NCBI GenBank assembly: GCA_017991615.1
Contig: JAGOQF010000002.1
Coordinates: forward strand, 50,750 to 114,749
Length of the DNA stretch: 64,000 nucleotides
Source of the DNA: Candidatus Shapirobacteria bacterium
Lineage (GTDB): Bacteria > Patescibacteriota > Microgenomatia > UBA12405
Direction of reading: 5' to 3'
The number at the start of each line of letters is the position of its first letter. Within the stretch, counting starts at the first letter, position 1. Position numbers and translations under genes: made by a program. Shown in pieces: positions 46,339 to 54,872 of this stretch. The notes beneath the pieces are model-generated. The model was not told where the DNA came from and did no database searches. It was given only the letters and a program-made list of their open reading frames with translations.

Positions 46339-48807
46339 ATGTTATCATTAGCCATGAATTTTGTGGCATGGCATTATTTGAGAGGGTGGGAGTGGTATTG
46401 GGGTCGGGTGATCTTGAGGATAAAGAAGATTTTTCATTTTTTTTCTTTATCAATTTTAGTAAAAACTTTGTTTAAACCATGGAAAAGATTGGTAGTTGAT
46501 TATGAAGGGAGTTTTGATATAGGAAAGTTCTTTGAGAGAGTATCGTTTAATTTAATTTCATCGGCTATTGGATTTGTAGTAAGGATTAGCTTAGTAGGTT
46601 TTTGTATGTTGATAACAGTTGGGTATTTAATATTGGCGGTAGTGTGGTTTGGAGTGTGGTGGTTGATACCAGTATTTGGGTGGAGAGAGTATGTTAATGA
46701 CAAAAAAAGGTCAAAAATTTCGTTGGAGAAATTAAAAACTAAAATAAGAAATAATCCTGAGGAGGCAGGTAAATATTTGGTCGAAAGTGAGATGGGGAGA
46801 TTTATGTTGGGAAAAATAGAAAAAAATGTGTCGGAAGTACTTAGGGCAGTAAAACTAAAGAAAGGAGACATGTTTATTTTGGAAATAGACAGTTTGGAAG
46901 GATTGATTAGTTGGTTAATAAATCAAAGTGAGAATATAAAGGTGGGGTTTCAAAAGTTGAATGTATCTGAAGATGAATTGGTTTTGGCAGCGAGATGGTG
47001 GGATAAAAAGCAGAAAGATAGTCTGTTGGATAGTAGAGACAGTTTGGGTCGGCCAGGAATAGGTTGGGGTCTGATGTTTGGTTATACACCAACTTTAGAT
47101 AAATATAGTGAAGATTTAAGTATGGGTCAGTTTTTTTCTGGTAATTTAGTGGGAAGGGAAGAGGTAATAAAAAAGATGGGAGTGGCATTGGATAGTGGTA
47201 AAAGTATTTTATTAGTGGGTGATCCTGGGGTAGGGAAAATGACGGTAGTTTACGAATTTGCTGAGAGAGCGATTACAGGAAGATTGGGTCGATCTTTGGC
47301 TTATAAAAAACTGTTATGGTTGGATTATCAGGCGGCAGTGGCGGGGGTGGATGATAAGGATACTAAAAAAACGATATTTAAAAAATTATTGGTGGAAGCA
47401 GAGAGGGCAGGAAATGTAATCTTGGTAATAAAGGATTTATTTAGAATAACGAATGCGGAAGTAGAAGGTAATGATTATACAGATGTGTTTAGTTGGGCAT
47501 TGGAAAAGGGAGTAAGGGTAATTGCGGTGTCGGATAAATGGGAGTATGAGAAGTTTTTGGCTAGAGATTTGAGAATTTTGAAGGATTTTGAGATGGTGGA
47601 GGTGGTACCACCGACAAAGGATGAGGCAATGTTGATATTGATTGAAGCGGTGGAAAAGCTGGAGAAAAATAATAAAGTTAGAGTAACGGTGGGGGCATTA
47701 AAACAAATATTAGATGGAAGTGACAAGTATATAACCGAGACGCCATTTCCAGAAAAAGCAGTGGAATTATTGGGGATGGCGGTATCAAAATGGTCGGGGT
47801 CGAATAAAATTATTGGGGTAGAAGAGGCAAACCAAGTATTGTCGGAAAAGACGGGTTTACCGATAGGAATATTATCAGAAGAGGAAAAGGATAAATTAAA
47901 AAATTTGGAAGCAATAATGAGTGAAAAATTGATTGGTCAGAAAACAGCAGTTGATTTGATAGCCAAGAGTTTGAGAAGTAGATTGGCGGGGGGTAAGAGT
48001 GAGGAAAGACCGGTAGGATCATTTTTGTTTTTAGGGCCGACAGGAGTTGGAAAAACTCAGGCGGCTAAAGTGTTGGCTAATATTTATTTTGGATCGGAAA
48101 AAAATATTTTAAGGTTTGATATGGCAGAGTATTCTGAATCGGAATCTATTGGTAAATTGGTAGGGATATCAAGTCAGAATCAGCCAGGACTGATGACGAC
48201 AGCAATAAGAAATAAACCAGCAAGTTTATTGTTGTTGGATGAAATCGAGAAAGCTGATAGTAAGGTATACAACTTGTTTTTGACATTGCTAGATGAGGGT
48301 TATATAAACGATGAGTTAGGTAAAAAAGTAATCGGGAAGCATTTGTTTGTAGTAGCAACATCGAATGCGGCGGCGGGATATATTCGAGAGGAAGTAAAAA
48401 ACGGAGTTAGAGGAGAGGAATTGAGAAAAAAAGTTTTAAATTATGTTCAAGAACAGGGGATGTTTTCACCAGAGTTTTTGAATAGATTTGATGGGGTGGT
48501 AGTGTTTGAGCCATTGGAAAAAGAGAGTTTGATGTTGGTGGCGGAGTTGATGTTGACAGAATTAAAAGAAAGTTTATTAAAGAGAAATATTAATTTGAAA
48601 TTTGACGGTGGGGTGGTGGAGAAAATAGTTAGAGATGGTTATAGTTTAGAGTTGGGGGCAAGGCAAATGCGACGGGTAATAGAATTGGATTTGGGGGATG
48701 CGATTGGACAGGCGGTGATAAATGGTAAGATTGGTTCGGGAGATGAAGTGGTGATAGGAGTGGGTACAATAAATGATAAGTTTGTAGTAGGAAAAGAAAC
48801 TATTTAA
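46339..48807 (+). CDS. Clp/Hsp100-family double-AAA+ ATPase with N-terminal transmembrane anchor
   Basis: 822 aa. NBD1 LLVGDPGVGKMT, NBD2 FLFLGPTGVGKTQAAKVLA, and a hydrophobic N-terminal segment instead of the usual Clp N-domain. Confidence 0.6.
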   Translation: MLSLAMNFVAWHYLRGWEWYWGRVILRIKKIFHFFSLSILVKTLFKPWKRLVVDYEGSFDIGKFFERVSFNLISSAIGFVVRISLVGFCMLITVGYLILAVVWFGVWWLIPVFGWREYVNDKKRSKISLEKLKTKIRNNPEEAGKYLVESEMGRFMLGKIEKNVSEVLRAVKLKKGDMFILEIDSLEGLISWLINQSENIKVGFQKLNVSEDELVLAARWWDKKQKDSLLDSRDSLGRPGIGWGLMFGYTPTLDKYSEDLSMGQFFSGNLVGREEVIKKMGVALDSGKSILLVGDPGVGKMTVVYEFAERAITGRLGRSLAYKKLLWLDYQAAVAGVDDKDTKKTIFKKLLVEAERAGNVILVIKDLFRITNAEVEGNDYTDVFSWALEKGVRVIAVSDKWEYEKFLARDLRILKDFEMVEVVPPTKDEAMLILIEAVEKLEKNNKVRVTVGALKQILDGSDKYITETPFPEKAVELLGMAVSKWSGSNKIIGVEEANQVLSEKTGLPIGILSEEEKDKLKNLEAIMSEKLIGQKTAVDLIAKSLRSRLAGGKSEERPVGSFLFLGPTGVGKTQAAKVLANIYFGSEKNILRFDMAEYSESESIGKLVGISSQNQPGLMTTAIRNKPASLLLLDEIEKADSKVYNLFLTLLDEGYINDELGKKVIGKHLFVVATSNAAAGYIREEVKNGVRGEELRKKVLNYVQEQGMFSPEFLNRFDGVVVFEPLEKESLMLVAELMLTELKESLLKRNINLKFDGGVVEKIVRDGYSLELGARQMRRVIELDLGDAIGQAVINGKIGSGDEVVIGVGTINDKFVVGKETI

Positions 48808-50479
48808 CTTGTTCAAGGTTGATGATTCGTTGGAGGATGGCGAGGGAGCCGAGGGTAACGGGTTCGATACCACTTAGACCAAGATTAGAATCACCAAGAT
48901 TTTGAACAGAAGAAAAAGGGGTGTCGGAAGTGTAGTTGATAATACCAACGTCGTAAGGAGCGGAATTGAGATCAACAATGGTATTTTTGGGGGCTTGTTG
49001 ATCGTAAGTACCTTCGGTGATGGCAGAGAGATAGGGACCGGATTCCATTTCGATAACGGTAATATTGTTTTTGAGATAAAAATTGACTAAAGCTCGATTT
49101 TGGAGGAAGGTGCCAAGGACAGAAACGGCTCGTTGATTGGTTAGAATTGAACCTTGATGGTTGACAAAAGGAAAAAAGTTGTTGAAACAATTTTTGAAAA
49201 GATAGGAGTTTTGGGTGTGTTCGTCGAAAATTAGACGAGGAATTTGAATATCGCCAATTTCGCTGTTGAGAGTGGCGGCTTTGCCAAGTATGTAGACACC
49301 ATTGACATGGCGGACATTTTGCATGACTTCGCTAAGAATGTGATAGGCGGCAAAACCAAGAGGATAGTCAATATTGAAAATAAGAGCGGGGGATTTTTTG
49401 AGTTGAGAAGGACGGGTAATTTTGAGACGGGAATCAAGATGGGGGGAGGCAGGAATATTTTTGATAGGAATTATTTGGACGGTAATGTCGAGATATTCTT
49501 GATTGGGGATAGTAATAATGCCAAGTTGGCGTTGGAGCTTTTGATAGGCAGATTGATATTTAGGTTGATGGAGAAGATAACGAGAAGCATAGTAAAGAAA
49601 GTCGGTGAGATTAAGGCGGGTGTTGCCATCAATAATTTTTTGCCAGTGGTGGTAGAGATGAGGATGATGTTGGTGGATAAAATCAATAATTTGGGATTGG
49701 TGGGTGGTAGGAAAGCCGGTGATGGCATTGATAAGACTGTGAGTGTTGCTGGAAACAAAATAGATTTCTTGACGAGAAATGTGAAAAGTGGAAGAGACAG
49801 TAGCGGCGATATTTTTCCACCATCTTTGGGAGGTTTTGGTGTAATTAAGCCAGGAAGCAGATAGAAGTTGGATTTTTAGATCAAGAGGAGAGTGGTAGAT
49901 ATAACCAAGTTCTTGTTTCCAGTCGAAGCCAAGGGAGGTGAAAAATTTTTGCCAGGTATCGGAGGTGAGTTTGAATTTGTCCAAAAAAGCTGGGGTGTGA
50001 AAATCTTTAAGAAGAAGATTGAAAGATGAATAGTGTTTATGAAGAAGATGATTAAATTTGTTCCATTCAGTTTGGAAGGCAATAAGAATATTGACAAGGT
50101 CATCAATATCGGAGACAGAGGCAATGAGATAGGCAAGAGTTTTAGTTTTGGAATTGAAGTAAGCGACACGACGGCGGCTGTGAGCTTGGACTATTTGCCA
50201 AGAAAGGAGGTTGGCGTAACCGGCATCGGCATAAATTTCCGGGCTTTGACCAAGAACGATTTTGGAGATTTTGGCGGTAACTTGAGGAAGTCGATTGAGA
50301 CAATAAATTAGGGCGGAAAAATCGATCTCATCTGGGTCGGAAGCGAGAGGGTGAAGGAGTGATTTGAGGCGGAGGTAAGAAGGTTTGAGAGAGTGAATAG
50401 TGATTTCAAGATTGGATTTGAGAGCGGAACGGTAGGAACGGATATGGTTGGTAAGGGAATTAGTACCGGCTGAAGTCAT
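48800..50479 (-). CDS. Protein with C-terminal PNP_UDP_1 (nucleoside phosphorylase / AMP-nucleosidase-like) domain
   Basis: 559 aa. C-terminal GVYILGKAATLNSEIGDIQIP and ITVIEMESGPYLSAI match the phosphorylase-I fold motifs (GxAG...GDxxI; vEMEsaA). The N-terminal about 300 aa are unknown. Confidence 0.4.
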   Translation of the reverse strand: MTSAGTNSLTNHIRSYRSALKSNLEITIHSLKPSYLRLKSLLHPLASDPDEIDFSALIYCLNRLPQVTAKISKIVLGQSPEIYADAGYANLLSWQIVQAHSRRRVAYFNSKTKTLAYLIASVSDIDDLVNILIAFQTEWNKFNHLLHKHYSSFNLLLKDFHTPAFLDKFKLTSDTWQKFFTSLGFDWKQELGYIYHSPLDLKIQLLSASWLNYTKTSQRWWKNIAATVSSTFHISRQEIYFVSSNTHSLINAITGFPTTHQSQIIDFIHQHHPHLYHHWQKIIDGNTRLNLTDFLYYASRYLLHQPKYQSAYQKLQRQLGIITIPNQEYLDITVQIIPIKNIPASPHLDSRLKITRPSQLKKSPALIFNIDYPLGFAAYHILSEVMQNVRHVNGVYILGKAATLNSEIGDIQIPRLIFDEHTQNSYLFKNCFNNFFPFVNHQGSILTNQRAVSVLGTFLQNRALVNFYLKNNITVIEMESGPYLSAITEGTYDQQAPKNTIVDLNSAPYDVGIINYTSDTPFSSVQNLGDSNLGLSGIEPVTLGSLAILQRIINLEQVK

Positions 50480-50545
50480 AGATGATTAATTTTAGCAGAA
50501 GCTATAGATTAGTAAAAAAGTTGGGAAATTGGTATAATTTGGGGT

Positions 50546-52603
50546 ATGACAGAACGACCATCAGCAATTGAATTTATCAAACAGGCTAGTCAAGAGGCTA
50601 GACAGAAGGAAAATAATCAGAGAGTGGGTAGGATTGCTGAATTGTTGGTGAATAATGCGGGAGTGTTGGGAAGAACAATTGAGAAAGAAAAATCAGATCA
50701 GGTATGTGAAGCGGTGTTGGGAGTGTTTGGGGCAGGGTATAAATCAGTAGAGGAGATGAGCAATACTTTGAAAAATCCGAGCGCAACCGACAGGCAGAAG
50801 GAAATGGCAAAAGAGAATTTGGAAGTTTTAGGAAAGGGGATTTTTGTAGCAATGAACAGAACTTTTGCCAACTTTTCGGAAGAAGCCACAGAGACGATTA
50901 CGTCTCAGATGACTGGAGAACAGATAGATGAGTTTGTATTACCGGATCAGTTAAAAGGGGCAGGAAAGTATGTGGTGGAGGCTGATGGAAAGGCGACAGA
51001 TGAGGAAAAAAAGAAAGCTAAAGAGCTGGTTAGAAGTGGAGGAGGTAGGCGGAGAGATGGTTACTCACCACCATTTGTAGGTAGCGAGGATGATCAAAAC
51101 AAAGAAGTAAGGTCGTGGCAAATATCGCCTGAATATGCGGCTGAGGCAATGAAAAACATGGATCAAATGTATTGGCAATCTTATACACCTCCAGAGTGGA
51201 TGAAAGGTTTAGATTCGGAAACTCAGGCGAGAATTGAATGCATGATTGATATAAATATGGGGGCTGTTATTTTGGGTAAAGCTGGTAAGGATTTGGAAAG
51301 GATAAAGTTTAATGATATGTATTTTAAGTTTAATAATGAGAGATTGACGAAGTTATTTAATCCTAATTTTAAGCTGGCTTTGAGTAAAATGTTGAATGAT
51401 TTATGTGAGCTTTATAAGGATCGGAATGGACATATGTGTCTTAGATATAAGGAGGGAAAAGATAAAGATGGGAAGCCGGGGATATCGGAAGAAGTGTTAA
51501 GTAAGTTAAGAAATATTGCGAAATATAAGGAAGATTTGGCTAAATTTTTGGCTGAACAGGATAAAGGGAAGAAAGAACCACCTTATATTTATAGGATGAA
51601 TGCTTATACGGCTTGGAATTTGTTTTATATGTTTGGAGACTCAAGTGTGGCTGATAGAAGAAGGTCGTTGCCAACTTATGGGGGGATAATAAGCGATGCT
51701 CTAAGAACTCTTAATCCAGAATATAAGGCTTTGGGGAAATGGAAAGTTTCGAAAAATGATGTTCCAGAATCTAGCTTGGAAGCGGCGGAGTGGTTTGGAG
51801 GACCATTAGGGACTTACGTGCAGACGGTAATGCAGTTGGAGAGAAGTTTGGGAAGGCCATTGGATGGAACCAAGACGTTGAGAGAAAAGATTATAAGTGG
51901 TGATTTGCCAATATTGAAAGCCAAGACTTTTTATGGTTTCTTTGACTTTGTGGCTGGTGATAAGAATTTGTTTGATAAGAATGGGGTTAATTTCATTAAT
52001 AAAGGAAGAAAAGAAACTTTGGCTTCTTTGTTGATGTATTATGCTTTTGATAAGGATGGAAATTTTATATCAGATGAGAATAAACGGGAGGATTTTAGTT
52101 TTGGTCATAACCAGGTTGATTTTTTGAATTTATATAGAGATCAGATGGAAGCGGCGGTTTTGACATTTAAGGCGATGACGGGTAAATTGGATACTAAAGA
52201 TATCGGCGGTTATGTGTCGGATATAAGAACTGCTTTTGGGATGGTTGATGGGATTAGTGTAAATGGAGATCATCTTTATAAATACACAAAGGATTGGGGA
52301 ACGTGGGGAAGTATGTTGTTGGGGTCTTTTGGGGTGGATATGCAGAAGTTATCAACCGATTTTATTTATTTAAGAGTGACGCGACCTGAAGCTTATAGTA
52401 TTAATGTTGGTGATTTTTTATATAAGGATTTGGGGTTGATGGGAAGTGATGTTGATTTGACAAAATTGATGAGATTTTTAGGAGTTGATATTAGAGATGG
52501 GGAAAGGTATGATGGTTTGGGGGTATCTACGAGAACTGGAAAGAAGCGAATAGAGATAGAGAGAAGGACAAATATTCTTTATAGAAGAATTAGGCAAAAA
52601 TAG
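50546..52603 (+). CDS. Large hypothetical protein (divergent partner of the PNP-domain gene)
   Basis: 685-aa ORF with no recognisable motif. Confidence 0.35.
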   Translation: MTERPSAIEFIKQASQEARQKENNQRVGRIAELLVNNAGVLGRTIEKEKSDQVCEAVLGVFGAGYKSVEEMSNTLKNPSATDRQKEMAKENLEVLGKGIFVAMNRTFANFSEEATETITSQMTGEQIDEFVLPDQLKGAGKYVVEADGKATDEEKKKAKELVRSGGGRRRDGYSPPFVGSEDDQNKEVRSWQISPEYAAEAMKNMDQMYWQSYTPPEWMKGLDSETQARIECMIDINMGAVILGKAGKDLERIKFNDMYFKFNNERLTKLFNPNFKLALSKMLNDLCELYKDRNGHMCLRYKEGKDKDGKPGISEEVLSKLRNIAKYKEDLAKFLAEQDKGKKEPPYIYRMNAYTAWNLFYMFGDSSVADRRRSLPTYGGIISDALRTLNPEYKALGKWKVSKNDVPESSLEAAEWFGGPLGTYVQTVMQLERSLGRPLDGTKTLREKIISGDLPILKAKTFYGFFDFVAGDKNLFDKNGVNFINKGRKETLASLLMYYAFDKDGNFISDENKREDFSFGHNQVDFLNLYRDQMEAAVLTFKAMTGKLDTKDIGGYVSDIRTAFGMVDGISVNGDHLYKYTKDWGTWGSMLLGSFGVDMQKLSTDFIYLRVTRPEAYSINVGDFLYKDLGLMGSDVDLTKLMRFLGVDIRDGERYDGLGVSTRTGKKRIEIERRTNILYRRIRQK

Positions 52604-52611
52604 ATTTTTTA

Positions 52612-54372
52612 TTATGGTGGTGATGGTCCGCCTCCGCGTTCTCTATCTGTTCTATCACCTGCATGTTTGCCTCCGAGCATTCTGTTGGTGATACTAATTG
52701 CTCTTCTATATAGATTACTACCACTACCGCCTCCAACCTTTTGGTTGGCATAATCAATACCAGCTCTGATACCGGATGAAGCAGTGCTTTTGGTAAATTT
52801 ACCAAGACCGGCATAACTTTCACCGATAGCAGAGCCGAAGGCGTCGGGTTTGAGTTTAAAGATGGCTTCAGGGACAAGTTTGGGAAGGTTGGAAATCATG
52901 GCTAGTCCGGCGAGACCAATGCCGGCGGCAACAACACCCATAGGGTAACCAGCGATATCACCGGTAATGGTGATGAGATCAATCTGGCTGGGAATCCAAA
53001 GAGTTCCACCGCGGACAATTTCGGTAAGATAATTGAGAGCGACAATAAACAGACTAACTATAGGAAAGACAGAGATATTGGCAATAAGATCAATAATCCA
53101 AGAGGAAAAGCCTTGTTTGGCGGTTGGGAAAGCGCCGAGACCGATTTGGATAGGGCTGATAATGATTTTGAAAATAACAACAATATAACTTTTGAGAAGA
53201 CCAAAATAGAGTCTAATCATCCAGATAACCATAAGAACAGCCATGATGAGAGGAAATGAAAGCCAGCCGGCAATTCCGCCGACAACATCGCCAACTACAG
53301 CGCCAACTGTACCAACAACTCGACTGCCCAGTTGACCCAAAGCCGCTCCACCAATACCACCAAGAATGGTCCCGAGGAAGATTTGACCGGCAACTTCTCC
53401 AAGCATGAAGCCATAAATTGCAGGAATGGCTTGATTACTTAGTTCATAAATGGTGCCGAAGCTCATTCGGGATAGATTCTCCAGATTAGTGGGATGATGA
53501 TTAAAAAGACCAGCAATAGCTTCAATTCCTGCCCAGATTAGATCACCAATCCAAGTAAGCGGATTATTATTACTAATATCTATTGTGGTGGGAAATAAAT
53601 TACTGTTAAAATCGGCGTTACCCCTAGCGTTAAAGAAGACGGAGATACCGAGGGAAAGGACTAGTTTACTTAAATCGATGATTAGTCCGGCGATAGCGTA
53701 AGAAAAAGTAACTAAAATTAGAGTGGTAATGACTTTGGGGATGGTATTTTGAATGTTAACAACAGTTTGGGGATTAACTTTGACTCGAAGCATAATCATA
53801 ATACCAATAGTGACGAAAAATATAGAAATTAAAGCATAAACAAAATTGCGAATAGTACGCCAGAGAGGGAGGATGGGTTGAAGTCCTTGGAAACCGGTAT
53901 TTTGAGCGTAAGCAGGTTTACCAAGAAATTCGTTTTTGACTTGAGCTAGATATTCAACACCAGAAACCGGTTGGTAGTAAAGGCTGCTGATCATATTATT
54001 GGTAGTGCCAATAACTCCACCAGGGATGTAACCAGTGAAATTTATAGAACCGTCTTCTTGAAAAGGGATACCTCCGGTAAGCGAACCAAGAATACTAACT
54101 ATATTACTGGCAAGTGAAGAATCAAGCCAAGCTTCTTGGTTGTTACCTTTTTTGATGGCATCTTGTTTTTGTTTGATTAAATTTTGAGGGGTGTTAGTTT
54201 GATTTTGGTTGGTGGGGGTGTTGGTAATTTCGCTGGCGGTGATGGTTTTGATGGAAAGAAAGAGACTAAAACCAGAGATGATTATTAGGAAAGCGGTGAA
54301 AAAGAATTTTTTGGAAGGGATGAGGCGGGTGGAGCGGAGGTTGAGATGATGGAGTAGTTGTTTGAAGGTCAT
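52612..54372 (-). CDS. Polytopic membrane protein, VirB6/TrbL-like candidate of T4SS-like locus
   Basis: 586 aa. Signal/TM, Q/N/T-rich spacer, at least 8 TM helices with Gly-rich loops, and a Gly/Arg C-tail. Operon context with pilin-like genes. Confidence 0.4.
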   Translation of the reverse strand: MTFKQLLHHLNLRSTRLIPSKKFFFTAFLIIISGFSLFLSIKTITASEITNTPTNQNQTNTPQNLIKQKQDAIKKGNNQEAWLDSSLASNIVSILGSLTGGIPFQEDGSINFTGYIPGGVIGTTNNMISSLYYQPVSGVEYLAQVKNEFLGKPAYAQNTGFQGLQPILPLWRTIRNFVYALISIFFVTIGIMIMLRVKVNPQTVVNIQNTIPKVITTLILVTFSYAIAGLIIDLSKLVLSLGISVFFNARGNADFNSNLFPTTIDISNNNPLTWIGDLIWAGIEAIAGLFNHHPTNLENLSRMSFGTIYELSNQAIPAIYGFMLGEVAGQIFLGTILGGIGGAALGQLGSRVVGTVGAVVGDVVGGIAGWLSFPLIMAVLMVIWMIRLYFGLLKSYIVVIFKIIISPIQIGLGAFPTAKQGFSSWIIDLIANISVFPIVSLFIVALNYLTEIVRGGTLWIPSQIDLITITGDIAGYPMGVVAAGIGLAGLAMISNLPKLVPEAIFKLKPDAFGSAIGESYAGLGKFTKSTASSGIRAGIDYANQKVGGGSGSNLYRRAISITNRMLGGKHAGDRTDRERGGGPSPP

Positions 54373-54413
54373 AAGTTAGATTAATTTTAGCAAAATTAAT
54401 TATAAAAACATAA

Positions 54414-54869
54414 TTATTTATAGTTGACAGTAATTCGGTCGAGTTGGTCGACACCGTTTTGAGCAAGCCAAGCTTGAGCTTCTTGTTTGGCAAGATCGGT
54501 TTGGTCTTCGTGGTAAACAATAATCTCGAGGTTATTGGCGCCGATATAACGTTGGGCACGAAAATATTTGCCTTGATAAGGGAGAAATTTGGCCAGAGGA
54601 ATTTGATAATTGACTTCGGTAATTTGATCGGAGGGGGAAGATTGAGGGTTGGTTGGGGAGGAGTTGTTGGAAGTGTTGGGTTGAGAATTATTTGGTTGAG
54701 AAATGGGATTTTGGTTGGTTTGTTGAGGAGCTAATTGACCGGGTTGGGTGGTGTCAAAATTGTCAGGTGAAGTGGTGGAAGAATGAGAAGAGGAGAGTTT
54801 GATGATGGTAAGAGCAATGACAATAACAGTTAAAATAATGAGATATTTATTTTTAGCAAGAGTTTTCAT
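54414..54869 (-). CDS. Secreted low-complexity (Q/N/S/P/T-rich) protein
   Basis: 151 aa. N-terminal TM/signal, then a QNPISQPNNSQPNTSNNSSPTNPQSSPSDQ tract. Confidence 0.4.
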   Translation of the reverse strand: MKTLAKNKYLIILTVIVIALTIIKLSSSHSSTTSPDNFDTTQPGQLAPQQTNQNPISQPNNSQPNTSNNSSPTNPQSSPSDQITEVNYQIPLAKFLPYQGKYFRAQRYIGANNLEIIVYHEDQTDLAKQEAQAWLAQNGVDQLDRITVNYK

Positions 54870-54872
54870 ATT

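Noticed and set aside
46500-48361. Multiple 70-123-aa minus-strand ORFs (46500..46871, 46907..47188, 47475..47726, 47810..48022, 48146..48361) antisense to the Clp ATPase gene
   Set aside because: They are embedded antisense to a 822-aa ORF with two canonical AAA+ domains. Their S/P/L-rich low-complexity translations are typical of shadow ORFs.
52590-52877. 95-aa ORF overlapping the 3' end of the VirB6-like gene in another frame
   Set aside because: It is wholly contained in the 586-aa membrane protein ORF, and its His-rich low-complexity translation reflects the other frame's Gly/Arg tail.
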